Part shown: piece after piece, positions 9,071 to 18,741 of the stretch | How positions within the stretch are numbered: the stretch's first letter is position 1 | How the letters are laid out: each line of letters starts with the position of its first letter | DNA from: Nanobdellati archaeon | GTDB lineage: Archaea > EX4484-52 > GLR71 | NCBI GenBank assembly: GCA_019429125.1 | Contig: JAHYJO010000007.1 | Span: 1-58,755 of the forward strand | Reading direction: 5' to 3' | Length of the DNA: 58,755 nt | Program-made: the position numbers and the translations under genes | The notes under the pieces: model-generated | The model's input: only the letters and a program-made list of their open reading frames with translations | Databases searched by the model: none | What the model was told of the DNA's origin: nothing

Positions 9071-9997
9071 TTATCTTGAAAGCAGAACTACTCGGCTTGG
9101 AACTGACTCATTTGTGAGTTCATAGGACAACTCGCCCTTTAGCTTTTCTGAGAAATCGCGCACTTCTGAATGTAGTGGCATGGCATCTCGAGACAACCGG
9201 TATTTTGAGTAGCCGATGTTCATGTAAGCCTTGACTTCTACGAAATCTGGATTAATCATCTCAATTATCTTTGCATACTCTTTTATGTGGGACATGTTCA
9301 TGCCTTTGATAAGAGTCAATCTTACCGCTTTTCGTGAGGTGAATGATGACATCAAGTCCACAGTCTTTGTGAAACGTTCCCAGTAATCTTTGAATATGGG
9401 CGCGTCTATCTTTTTGTACATCTCTTTTGTGGGAGCGTCAACTGACAGATATAATTGGTATGGTTTCTCTATGTTTTCCAGACGGTCGGGGAACTGGCCG
9501 TTTGTGACTAGAAATGTGGTCATATTCTTTCTGTTGCACAGGTCTATGAAATCACTTATCAAGGGATAAGCTGTCGGTTCACCAGTCAATGATATTGCAA
9601 TTTGGTTGGGATTTTGTGCCTCTTTCCATTTTTTCTGGTCGGTGCCGTCAAAACCTTTGAAACCGGTAAGAAGATTTCTCTGTGCAACTATTGAGGCTTC
9701 AAGAATTATCTCCGGCGTGTCGACTGGACCTGTCAATTCTGGACCTTGAGTCTTCTCTATTGCGCGCCAACAGAATATGCACCTGTTTGGGCACCATGAA
9801 ACAGCAGGTGTCATCTGAAGACATCTGTGGCATTTGATGCCGTAAAATTTTTCCTTGTAGCAGACACCTTCACCCCTCAAGCTTTTCTTTGTCCAAGTGC
9901 AAAGTTTCACTGCTGAATGGTTGCCAGCGATCCGGTACTGCTGTTTCTCAAGGATAGCTTTTACATTTTCAAGAAGCATAGGTATCACTTTATCCAT
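9071..9997 (-). CDS. taw1: 4-demethylwyosine synthase (radical SAM)
   Basis: HSAVKLC.WTK, CYKEKFYGI, CPNRCIFCWR, ISLTGEPT and SRVVLL. Confidence 0.95.
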   Translation of the reverse strand: MDKVIPMLLENVKAILEKQQYRIAGNHSAVKLCTWTKKSLRGEGVCYKEKFYGIKCHRCLQMTPAVSWCPNRCIFCWRAIEKTQGPELTGPVDTPEIILEASIVAQRNLLTGFKGFDGTDQKKWKEAQNPNQIAISLTGEPTAYPLISDFIDLCNRKNMTTFLVTNGQFPDRLENIEKPYQLYLSVDAPTKEMYKKIDAPIFKDYWERFTKTVDLMSSFTSRKAVRLTLIKGMNMSHIKEYAKIIEMINPDFVEVKAYMNIGYSKYRLSRDAMPLHSEVRDFSEKLKGELSYELTNESVPSRVVLLSR

Positions 9998-10003
9998 TTT
10001 GTT

Positions 10004-10915
10004 CTATTTTATTTCAAACTCTAAAGAATCGTAAGCCAGAATCGTGTTCTTAAATACTTTTTGAGCCTCATCAAGAAGCATTTGGGGTGATGTGTTTTCT
10101 TTTTTATCCTGGTATCTTCGGCTTATATGAGTTAAGACAAGAAGTTTGACATTCGCCTTTTTTGCGACTGTTGCTGCTTCCTCAGCTGTTGAATGGCCAA
10201 TCTTATCTACACCATCTTTGTCTGAGCCAAATGTTGAGTCGTGTATCAGAAGATCTGCATGTTTTGCATGTTTTATTGTATTTACATCATATTTTGTGTC
10301 CCCTGTATATACTATTTTTCTTCCAGGAATGTGTTCAATCACATCTTCAGGTTTTATTGTTTTTCCTTTGAATTCAATTGTCTTTCCAGCTTTTAGTTTT
10401 CCTATGTAAGGACCGGTTGACAGACCTAACTTTTCGGCTTTTTCCATGTTTGCGCGAATTCTTGGGTCTTCTTCAAGAACGTATCCTAAGGCGGGTATCT
10501 TGTGTGTTACTTTAAATGCTGTTACTTTATAGCCCTCGCCTTCTACTGTGAAACCGTCATTCATCTCAGTTATATTAATCTTAAAGTTCCTGCCAAAATA
10601 CCCGATTGTCAGAAGCTGTTCTAAAAATTCAGTTGTCCTTTTCGGTCCGTAGACGTTTAAGGGTTCTGTTCGCCCTTCAAGAGACATTGTCTGGATAAGA
10701 CCTAATATGCCACCGAAATGGTCTGCGTGCCAATGGGTTATGAATATGCGGTCTATCTTCATGAATTTAAGGCCTTGAACCATTAACTGGCGCTGAGTAC
10801 CTTCACCGCAATCAAATAGTATGCGCTCACCCTTAAACATGACAAATATTGATGGCAGGTTGCGCTCTCTTGTCGGAACACTTGCTGTTGTTCCCAGGAA
10901 TTTGACTTTAATCAT
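10004..10915 (-). CDS. rnz: Ribonuclease Z
   Basis: LGT...PT.ERN, DCGEGTQRQ, THWHADH, YTGDT and LTHISRRY. Confidence 0.96.
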   Translation of the reverse strand: MIKVKFLGTTASVPTRERNLPSIFVMFKGERILFDCGEGTQRQLMVQGLKFMKIDRIFITHWHADHFGGILGLIQTMSLEGRTEPLNVYGPKRTTEFLEQLLTIGYFGRNFKINITEMNDGFTVEGEGYKVTAFKVTHKIPALGYVLEEDPRIRANMEKAEKLGLSTGPYIGKLKAGKTIEFKGKTIKPEDVIEHIPGRKIVYTGDTKYDVNTIKHAKHADLLIHDSTFGSDKDGVDKIGHSTAEEAATVAKKANVKLLVLTHISRRYQDKKENTSPQMLLDEAQKVFKNTILAYDSLEFEIK

Positions 10916-11003
10916 AGTTTCAGTTTGGGAATTAAGCTTTTTAAAGATTTAAAGTTAATACATATTTATTAATACTACCTAATTGTAACAAACTAGTGAT
11001 ATT

Positions 11004-11462
11004 ATGAGACTTGAAGACCAAATGGCAATTGAACAACCTTATTTTGTAATCAGTGAATTAATAGAATATTACGATGAAAAAAAAGGATGTTTAGGCAAGA
11101 TATATTTTGAAGACAGACTGCTCTTCCATATAAGCGATAAAGAAGATGTTACTGCAAAAGATTTCAAACCAACATCAAAGAAATATTTTATAGGAGTCTT
11201 AAGACGTGAAAAAATGGATAAAACACGTAGTATCATAGAAGAATCTGTATACCTTAGCAAACCATATTATGATTTATGTCAAATCAAAGATTCACCAGAA
11301 GACAATGCACTCATTGAACTTATCAAAGATAATTTTAGTAATCTTCCACTTAATCAATATAAAATTATAAAAGATGACATTAAGCTTGAAAATTGGTGGA
11401 ACTATCTAAATAAGATAAAAAGAACAAGTAAATCTCAAAAAAATAATGGTGTCCTCAGATAA
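11004..11462 (+). CDS. Hypothetical protein (orphan)
   Basis: 152-aa ORF with GTGAT SD; no motif recognised. Confidence 0.6.
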   Translation: MRLEDQMAIEQPYFVISELIEYYDEKKGCLGKIYFEDRLLFHISDKEDVTAKDFKPTSKKYFIGVLRREKMDKTRSIIEESVYLSKPYYDLCQIKDSPEDNALIELIKDNFSNLPLNQYKIIKDDIKLENWWNYLNKIKRTSKSQKNNGVLR

Positions 11463-11585
11463 AATAAAATGTGAATAATACTTATTATTTTCTTCAAGTA
11501 ATAAGACTTATTCTGTTTTCAGATAATAAGCCCAATTAGGACTGCGTCGTATAGATAAATTAAGTCATAAGATAAATTACATCAT

Positions 11586-12155
11586 TTACGGCCTTATTCT
11601 TGTAATCACATAATAAGTTACGTCTGCTTCTTCGTCAACTACTGCAAGGAGCGCTTTCGCCCTTATGTTCTGACTCAACCTGACGTATCTTGACCATTCT
11701 TGATATGAGTGCGCGTAATTCTCAGGAACTGCATGAACATTGTATTTTGTGTGTTCCTTAAGTTCTTTTGATCCACCCTTATATGGATTTACGCCACGGT
11801 TGTAGACTCGGAAATGGGTTCCGAACTTGAAACCAGATTTGACTATAAAGCCACGGTTCCTTAAATCTCGGTATACTGTATATTTCTGTGAGAATTCAGG
11901 GTCTAATGTAGAACATAAACTGTAGAAAGTCTTGACTGTCATTGGTTTCTTTTTATCAAGAACTTTTATATGACCACGCTCTAAAAGAATCATGCCCTCT
12001 TCAAGACTTAACTGAAGATATGAAATCTTCTCCTCTTCGATGTATTTTCCGAAAAATTTCTCGTCAAATATCTTTTTCTGCTCTTCTATGTCCCATACTG
12101 CAAGTTTGTTGTTTAATAGTTCTGCAGTGGCCATAACATCGCTGTTATTGTCCAT
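11586..12155 (-). CDS. endA: tRNA-intron endonuclease
   Basis: LSLEE, VYRDLRNRG, KSGFKFGTHFRVY and VRLSQNIRAK. Confidence 0.93.
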   Translation of the reverse strand: MDNNSDVMATAELLNNKLAVWDIEEQKKIFDEKFFGKYIEEEKISYLQLSLEEGMILLERGHIKVLDKKKPMTVKTFYSLCSTLDPEFSQKYTVYRDLRNRGFIVKSGFKFGTHFRVYNRGVNPYKGGSKELKEHTKYNVHAVPENYAHSYQEWSRYVRLSQNIRAKALLAVVDEEADVTYYVITRIRP

Positions 12156-12179
12156 CTCTGCTTACCTCCATGTTTTAAG

Positions 12180-12253
12180 TGGGAAGGATGTGATTTGAAC
12201 ACACGACAACTAGATCTTCAGTCTAGCGCTCTCCCAGGCTGAGCTACCTTCCC
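12180..12253 (-). tRNA. tRNA-Phe(GAA)
   Basis: Reverse complement GGGAAGGTAGCTCAGCCTGGGAGAGCGCTAGACTGAAGATCTAGTTGTCGTGTGTTCAAATCACATCCTTCCCA forms a cloverleaf with anticodon GAA. Confidence 0.95.
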
Positions 12254-12270
12254 ATGATAAATATAAAGAG

Positions 12271-12343
12271 CGCCCCGGGCAGGACTCGAACCTACGACCT
12301 TGTGATTAACAGTCACACGCTCTACCTACTAAGCTACCGAGGC
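12271..12343 (-). tRNA. tRNA-Asn(GTT)
   Basis: Reverse complement GCCTCGGTAGCTTAGTAGGTAGAGCGTGTGACTGTTAATCACAAGGTCGTAGGTTCGAGTCCTGCCCGGGGCG has anticodon GTT. Confidence 0.95.
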
Positions 12344-12436
12344 AAATTGATGTTACTTTAAGTAATAGTTAAAGTTATATCAAAAATTTTAAAAAGGTAT
12401 TGTATCATTTTCAATATCTATACCCTAGAAAATGTT

Positions 12437-13012
12437 TCAGATTGAAAATAGACGATATTTAGTCAAGGATTCAAGAACGGGGACTATCTCTTTTGGAAGT
12501 TTAGAAAAATATAAACCATAATTTCTTTTATTACTTATTATCTTATCCATAACATTATTATCAAATATGATTATTCCAATATCACCTATATCTTTTCTGT
12601 TTTTTATCTCGAAAAGTTTTGGAAATATCATATGATAACCTTTTATGTTCTTTCTTTTTTGATTATATAAGATTGTATTCTCTGATTCGTCTATGATTCT
12701 TTCAATAGCTGTTATGTTATGTTTTTTCTCTAAGAGGTCATGTAAATCTTTTAGTGTGTTATCTTTATCGAAGGTACATATATAATTTATATTATTATGC
12801 CTATGATGTATGTTGAATGACGAAATATAAGACAGGTTGCCCAAAGGTACAAATGATATCATATCTTTGAATGACTCTTTTGTATCTGGATCAGCATATA
12901 ATGCAACATATATATCTGACAACATAGAAAATATTGATTCCATCATAGTGGACAGAGAATGATTCTTGCCATCTCTTATTAAAACCAAATCTTTAGCATA
13001 AATTTCTGACAT
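12437..13012 (-). CDS. Hypothetical protein (orphan)
   Basis: 191-aa AT-rich ORF with GTGAT SD. Confidence 0.6.
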   Translation of the reverse strand: MSEIYAKDLVLIRDGKNHSLSTMMESIFSMLSDIYVALYADPDTKESFKDMISFVPLGNLSYISSFNIHHRHNNINYICTFDKDNTLKDLHDLLEKKHNITAIERIIDESENTILYNQKRKNIKGYHMIFPKLFEIKNRKDIGDIGIIIFDNNVMDKIISNKRNYGLYFSKLPKEIVPVLESLTKYRLFSI

Positions 13013-13155
13013 AATATCACATAAATCTTAATTTTTATTTTAACAGATACAATAAATAGAACTATATAGCATAAATAGATTTATTTTTTTGTGAATGCTG
13101 ATTAAGATAAATATAGAAATCATAACAATATTTTTATCAAAATCAAACCTTAAAA

Positions 13156-14253
13156 TCAATCTAAGAACTCTTTTCTTGCAATCTTTCCAGGCAGGTACTC
13201 TTTTGCGACAAACTCAAGACTCTTTGAAGCCAGTGCTTGCTGTTCTATCCTTGTACCTTTGTTGAGCATGCTTTTTAGTTCTTTTCGCCAGTGCAACTTT
13301 TGGAACCATTCGTAGTTTAAAAGCTGGTTGACACGTTTCTTGTCGACATCTTTTAATTGTTCTGTTACTTTCTCTAGGCCGAAAGTGTCAATGTCGGCCA
13401 TTGTCATGCCAATGAATCTGCATTCGGGTGTTGCAAGGCGTTTTGATTCGTGTGCCAAGTTCATGGAACCCGTCTTTACAACTGAATAAATGTAGTAACC
13501 CCAGGGGTCACCGTCTGTGAATACGTATACAGGAAGTTTTAGGCGCTCGTTTAAAAGCTTTATCAGACGCCTTGCACCTCTTGCAGCCTGACCACCAAGA
13601 CCTATTAAGATTGCGTTGTTTTCAATATGATATTTTTCTTCTACAAGACGGTCAACCATAGCTTTTGTCTCAACCACCAAGACATATTTAGCTTTACATT
13701 CTATGAATTTGTAGTCGTCAACAATTGAGGGTATGGCAAGACCTGATTTTCCTAATTTTGAACAGTCAATCCTGTCGCCTGTGTCCTCAATCACAATTTG
13801 TCCAAAAAGTATTCCGCTGCTGTCTGCTTTTAGGTGAAGCTCTTCCCTCAATGAATCTGTCATTGTTTCAAGGTCTTCAATCAACGGGTCGGATTCTTCC
13901 TGACCTTCAAAAGTGTTCTCTTTTGTGCCAGGGATGTTGTGCTTGAGCTCATAATAAAGTTCTCTTATGCTTGCAGTCTTTCCTTTATCTATAAGTTCTT
14001 TGCATTTGGATGCAATAATCATGGTCTGCATGAATTTTCTTGTGTGGGCAAAATTGAGGAAATTTCTTTCAGACATACTATTTCCTAGATACAGGAGACC
14101 TTTGTCTTTATCATAATGGACATTTGAGGATGCACGGACAGGAAGAGCTACCGATGGCGCATTACCTGCAAATATATCTGCGACTACTTTTTTGCCTAGG
14201 TTCTTTATCTTTTCTGCAACTATCGGGTCACTTTCAAATTTCATAATAATCAC
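13156..14253 (-). CDS. top6A: DNA topoisomerase VI subunit A (likely start ATG 14244)
   Basis: RELYY (catalytic Tyr), VLVVET, GQAARGARR, TDGDPWG and EQQAL. Confidence 0.96.
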   Translation of the reverse strand: MIIMKFESDPIVAEKIKNLGKKVVADIFAGNAPSVALPVRASSNVHYDKDKGLLYLGNSMSERNFLNFAHTRKFMQTMIIASKCKELIDKGKTASIRELYYELKHNIPGTKENTFEGQEESDPLIEDLETMTDSLREELHLKADSSGILFGQIVIEDTGDRIDCSKLGKSGLAIPSIVDDYKFIECKAKYVLVVETKAMVDRLVEEKYHIENNAILIGLGGQAARGARRLIKLLNERLKLPVYVFTDGDPWGYYIYSVVKTGSMNLAHESKRLATPECRFIGMTMADIDTFGLEKVTEQLKDVDKKRVNQLLNYEWFQKLHWRKELKSMLNKGTRIEQQALASKSLEFVAKEYLPGKIARKEFLD

Positions 14254-16179
14254 CTATTCAGATGTTTCATCGGTCTCTGTCGCGTTTTTGGTTCTGTCAC
14301 TGTTGAATATGTCCAATCGCGATTGAGGGTTATCTTTTGCTGTACTTAACTGTTTTTTGTCTGATTTTGTGACAGTTGTATCATTAACACTTTTTATATT
14401 GAAAATATTAGATATTGGTTTGGTATGTATGTCAGTATTGTTATCATTGTCAACATTGTTATCATTGTCACTATTGTTATCATTGTCACTATTGTTATCA
14501 TTGTCAACATTGTTATCATTGTCAACATTGTTATCATTGTCACTATTGTTATCATTGTCACTATTGTTATCATGATTATTACTGAGATTATAATTATCAT
14601 TATTATTGGTCTGTATTTCCATACCTTTACCGTGTAAGACAATTGATGTGTCACCTATTTTATCGGCAACCACTTGTTTTAGGCTGGTCTGTATCTTTTG
14701 GGCATCAATGCCTGTCAGGTCGGAAAGCGCTATGCAAAGTTCGCCTGCATAGATGTCAAACGCGCGCAGACGCTCTTCTGCCTCTTTGCTTTTGTGTTTT
14801 TTTGAAATATAAATACTTAGCTTCCTTGCGGCACCTTGCAAGGCTAAAGTCACTTCTTTTAATATCTCAGGATATGCTGCTATCGCTTCTTTTCCCTCAG
14901 ATGTATATGGTACCCAGACGGATGCCATGTGGACTGTCACTGCAACAGGACCTAAAGGTATGGAACCAGTGCTCTGTTTAAGACCATATCGTTTCCAGCC
15001 CAGCTTTATGACTGATTTTGCAATTACACAAGATGACTGCTGGTAAAGTAAAGGCACCTTGTTCGCAAAACGCATTATTGATATTGGACCCTCTGCTGAA
15101 AGGTCTCCACCGTACCCGATACCTACCTCAATCTGGAACGGATAACCTTTATAGACTGTAGGCGGTCGGCTCATGACTGCAATGAACTCTGGGTTCATCT
15201 CTTTTTTCAGACCTTTCTTTATTGCATCTTCACCGACCGGTGAAAGGCAGTCTGTCGGTGGTTTTGCTATCTTTGCAGTATTTAATGCATCTAGAAGTTT
15301 TTCTATGTCATCTCTTGAAAGCCGTTTAGGATTTGTCTTAGGATTAATCTTTGCACGGTTGCATATGTCGACTGCATTGCCCCGTCCTACCCTTGACAAT
15401 TCCGTTGTGAAAAAGGCTGTCAGGTTCTTTGATTCTGTCTGTTTCATAAGACGCATTAGGATGCCAAGCTCAAGACCGTGCGGATGTGGCTGTATTGACT
15501 CTGCGGCTTTTGGAAGTATGTCTACTGCTCGCGGATATTCTAACTGTTTACCTTCGGGATTTATGTAGACTATATTTGCAAAAGGGTTCATTATGGCTGT
15601 CTCCATAAGGTATCCCTCAACGGATTGCTTGCCTCTTATGTATTTCCCTTTTAGGTATAGCTCAATCCGTGTGCCGTGACCGTCACCATCAACTGTCATT
15701 TCTGATATTATGTCTGGCTCGTTTTTCTTTATGTTTATATTGAGCTCGTAGATGTGTGTGTTGCCATCACCTATCTTTGAATATATCTTTGTCGGCTTTC
15801 CGGTAGTAAGCTGAGAATAAAGAACTGATGCTGAAATGCCTATACCTTGCTGACCTCGAGATTGTTTTAGGTTGAATTTTGAACCGTAAAGAAGTTTTGC
15901 GAATATGTTTGGTATGTTTTGCTTTACAATACCTGGACCGTTGTCTTCAATTATGAGTTTGAAATGAGTAGGGTCTAATTGATTGAGCTCAATGTATATG
16001 GTTGGGAGTATGCGCGCATCTTCGCAGGCATCAAGTGAATTATCAACTGCTTCCCTTACACAGGTCAACAGTGATTTCTGGTCATTCTCAAAACCTAATA
16101 AGTGTTTGTTCCTCTCAAAAAATTCTGCAACTGATATCGACTTGTGATCCTTTGCATTTTCTTCTGCTATTGTTGCCAT
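14254..16179 (-). CDS. top6B: DNA topoisomerase VI subunit B with Asn/Asp-rich C-terminal extension
   Basis: GHKL motifs EAVDNSLDA, EDNGPGI and SRGQQGIGIS; RFANKVPL. Confidence 0.96.
   Translation of the reverse strand: MATIAEENAKDHKSISVAEFFERNKHLLGFENDQKSLLTCVREAVDNSLDACEDARILPTIYIELNQLDPTHFKLIIEDNGPGIVKQNIPNIFAKLLYGSKFNLKQSRGQQGIGISASVLYSQLTTGKPTKIYSKIGDGNTHIYELNINIKKNEPDIISEMTVDGDGHGTRIELYLKGKYIRGKQSVEGYLMETAIMNPFANIVYINPEGKQLEYPRAVDILPKAAESIQPHPHGLELGILMRLMKQTESKNLTAFFTTELSRVGRGNAVDICNRAKINPKTNPKRLSRDDIEKLLDALNTAKIAKPPTDCLSPVGEDAIKKGLKKEMNPEFIAVMSRPPTVYKGYPFQIEVGIGYGGDLSAEGPISIMRFANKVPLLYQQSSCVIAKSVIKLGWKRYGLKQSTGSIPLGPVAVTVHMASVWVPYTSEGKEAIAAYPEILKEVTLALQGAARKLSIYISKKHKSKEAEERLRAFDIYAGELCIALSDLTGIDAQKIQTSLKQVVADKIGDTSIVLHGKGMEIQTNNNDNYNLSNNHDNNSDNDNNSDNDNNVDNDNNVDNDNNSDNDNNSDNDNNVDNDNNTDIHTKPISNIFNIKSVNDTTVTKSDKKQLSTAKDNPQSRLDIFNSDRTKNATETDETSE
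14431..14574. repeat. 8 x 18-bp coding tandem repeat (GTCAMYATTGTTATCATT) encoding NDNN(S/V)D
   Basis: Counted directly in the sequence. Confidence 0.92.
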
Positions 16180-16181
16180 CT

Positions 16182-16221
16182 ATATTTACCTATCATATTT
16201 ACCTATCAATATTTACCTGTC
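16182..16221. repeat. 3 x 13-bp ATATTTACCT(A/G)TC spanning the dim2 stop and top6B ribosome-binding region
   Basis: Copies at 16182, 16195 and 16209. Confidence 0.7.
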
Positions 16222-16737
16222 TATAAATTTATTGTCCAGAACTGTGAAAACTGTTTTGAAATCATTTCCCTGAAGTATCAACTCAACTGCTACCTTGGCA
16301 TTTTCTACATTCTCATACTTGCCCAGGATTGCAATCTTATGACCGTGGACTGCAATGTCAGTATCTGTCTTTTTCTCTATGATTTTTTTTATTTTGCCAC
16401 CAGTTCCAATAAGCCGTGACTTGTATCTGTTTATCGCATTCTTGTTCTTGCCTAAAACATCAGACAGGTTTATGACCTCAAGATTATATGCATCATCACA
16501 CAGGCTTAAGACTATGTCAAGTGAAAGTCCGCGAGCTATGCCTTCAACTGCCTTTTTTAATTTGTAAACATTTAATCCTTCTTCGCTTGAAATCTCGATT
16601 GTGCCATCCTCATTGATAACTAGTTTTGCACCGAAAGATTTCTGAAGCTCTTTTTTTACTTTTCCGCCTTCTCCTATGACCAGACCAATCCTTGACTCTG
16701 GAATTTTTATCATTTCTTGTATCATTTTGACCATCAT
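16213..16737 (-). CDS. KH-domain RNA-processing protein (Dim2/Pno1)
   Basis: Two KH GxxG loops (IGEGG, LIGTGG) and position upstream of top6B. Confidence 0.9.
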   Translation of the reverse strand: MMVKMIQEMIKIPESRIGLVIGEGGKVKKELQKSFGAKLVINEDGTIEISSEEGLNVYKLKKAVEGIARGLSLDIVLSLCDDAYNLEVINLSDVLGKNKNAINRYKSRLIGTGGKIKKIIEKKTDTDIAVHGHKIAILGKYENVENAKVAVELILQGNDFKTVFTVLDNKFIDR

Positions 16738-16810
16738 TTGAAAATATGAAATCTTATATATCTAGAATTTATGGTAAAAGGTTTTAAATGTGTTTGCTTG
16801 TTGACAGACA

Positions 16811-17944
16811 ATGCTTAAAAAGTTGCGGGGCAAAAAAGGGGGTATGCAAACTGATGATATTAATTCTGCAATAACATTCCTTAAAGGGCTTAAAGGCAAG
16901 AAAGTAACTGTAGTATCACATGATGACTCAGATGGTTCGTGTTCGGCAGCGCTAATTATACGGTTGCTTAGAAAGATTGAAAGTCGTATTAATGTCTCTT
17001 ATTTCAGTACACGAGGGAGTCCTAGCATATCAGAGGGACTTATGAGAGATATAATTTCAAAAAAACCTGATGTTGTTATCACCTGTGACTTTGCAAGTGA
17101 TATTGACAAGGCTGCGCAAAGGCTTGCTCTTGAAGGTGTCCGATGCCTTATGATTGATCATCATGTTGTCTCAGATTACAAATTTCCAGATGACACCATA
17201 TATATTAATCCGCAACTTTTAGGAAAGACTATGCCTTGTGCCGCATTTATCTATGATCTTTGTAACAAGATTTTAGAATTTAAAGATAATCTGTGGATTG
17301 CAGGTGTCGGCACTATTGAAGATTTCGGTGCTTCTGACAGGAAAGATATTATTGAGGCGTGCATGAAACAGTATCCTGAGCTTTTTGAGAAAAAGGACAT
17401 GGACAATTCTAAATTGTTCAATACAACTTTCGGGCTTGTAGGTAAGATACTGAGCTCGGCACCTACTTGGGATTCGCATAAGGGCGCTGAACTTGTAACT
17501 AAAGTACTTCTGGAAGTCAATTCACCACGTGATTTTTTAGGGCTTGAGAATAATAATGTGCGCATGATGTTTGAAAAGTATCAGATTATTGAAAAAGAAA
17601 TCAGGAATGCTGTTAGGATATTTGAAGAAGAAAGTGTGGTTTGGGGGTCACTTAGATATTATATTATGGCTTCTGAATATCCTATTAAATCAAAAGTATC
17701 TACAATTGTTTCTGCTAACAATGAACATTATAATGAGGTCATTGCAGTAATTGAACAAAATACTAAAACTTATTCTTTATCTCTTCGAAACCAGTCCGGG
17801 TACTTTGACCTTAATTGTATTATCCATGAATGTTTAGAAGGGCTGGAAGGTGTCGGTGGGGGACATAAGAAAGCCTCAGGCGCTGTTGTTGCCAAAAAAG
17901 ATTTTGATGTGTTTATGGAAAGATTGAAGGAAAGGGTAAAGTAG
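16811..17944 (+). CDS. DHH/DHHA1 (RecJ-like) phosphoesterase
   Basis: HDDSDG, IDHH, SLSLR and GGGHKKASG. Confidence 0.88.
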   Translation: MLKKLRGKKGGMQTDDINSAITFLKGLKGKKVTVVSHDDSDGSCSAALIIRLLRKIESRINVSYFSTRGSPSISEGLMRDIISKKPDVVITCDFASDIDKAAQRLALEGVRCLMIDHHVVSDYKFPDDTIYINPQLLGKTMPCAAFIYDLCNKILEFKDNLWIAGVGTIEDFGASDRKDIIEACMKQYPELFEKKDMDNSKLFNTTFGLVGKILSSAPTWDSHKGAELVTKVLLEVNSPRDFLGLENNNVRMMFEKYQIIEKEIRNAVRIFEEESVVWGSLRYYIMASEYPIKSKVSTIVSANNEHYNEVIAVIEQNTKTYSLSLRNQSGYFDLNCIIHECLEGLEGVGGGHKKASGAVVAKKDFDVFMERLKERVK

Positions 17945-17981
17945 TGAGTATATTTATATCTTTTAAAAGTCAATATAATGT

Positions 17982-18599
17982 ATGTATCTTGAATTCCAAA
18001 ATAATCAGATATCTCTTAAAAAAGAATTATCCAATTTAGATACATTTGTAGTTTCTTTTTCAAAAATACTTGATAATAATAACATAAATCATGTGTTTGT
18101 ATCAGGTTATATAGCAATTGTTTTCGGTAGAAGTCGAAACACAGAAGATATTGATGTACTTATAGAACAGATGGAATTTGAACAATTTAAAATACTATGG
18201 AAACACCTGAGATATAAATATAATTGCATCAACACAGATGATGCAAAAGATGCGTATGAGATTCTTGTTGAAAAAGGGGGTGTGAGGTTTTATGAAGGTA
18301 AAAATTTCATACCAAATATGGAGATGAAATTTTCATTAGATAATGTTGAAAAATATTCTCTTAAAAACAAGATAATATTGAAATTTAATACAAATACAAT
18401 ACCTATATCACCAATAGAACTTCAGATTGTATATAAATTATATCTTAGTTCTGAAAAAGATATAGAAGATGCAAGATTTATATTTAAACTTTTTTTAAAA
18501 TGGATTGATAAGACAAAAATTGACGATTTTTCAAAAGATTTTAATGTAACGGATAAATTATATCTATTGGGTAATTATTATGATAAAAATAGACCTTAA
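17982..18599 (+). CDS. Nucleotidyltransferase-fold protein, possible toxin
   Basis: VSGYIAIVFGRSRNTEDIDV and C-terminal YKLYLSSEKDIEDA. Confidence 0.7.
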   Translation: MYLEFQNNQISLKKELSNLDTFVVSFSKILDNNNINHVFVSGYIAIVFGRSRNTEDIDVLIEQMEFEQFKILWKHLRYKYNCINTDDAKDAYEILVEKGGVRFYEGKNFIPNMEMKFSLDNVEKYSLKNKIILKFNTNTIPISPIELQIVYKLYLSSEKDIEDARFIFKLFLKWIDKTKIDDFSKDFNVTDKLYLLGNYYDKNRP

Positions 18600-18732
18600 A
18601 GAACTTGAAAAGAAAAAAGAACGAAATTTCAAGGAAAGGCTTGAGTTTATTGATAAATATGTAGAATGGCTTGAAAAAACAGATAATAAAACATGGTCAA
18701 AAATACATAAAAATTTTATTGAAAATAAATAG
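18580..18732 (+). CDS. Small helical protein, 50 aa, overlapping the nucleotidyltransferase gene
   Basis: MIKIDLKELEKKKERNFKERLEFIDKYVEWLEKTDNKTWSKIHKNFIENK*. It overlaps the upstream gene by 20 bp. Confidence 0.65.
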   Translation: MIKIDLKELEKKKERNFKERLEFIDKYVEWLEKTDNKTWSKIHKNFIENK

Positions 18733-18741
18733 ATAACATAC

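Noticed and set aside
12180-12343. tRNA-anchored integrated element
   Set aside because: No duplicated tRNA 3' end and no integrase were found.
14357-14654. Alternative-frame hydrophobic repeat ORFs
   Set aside because: They are by-products of the 18-bp repeat inside top6B.
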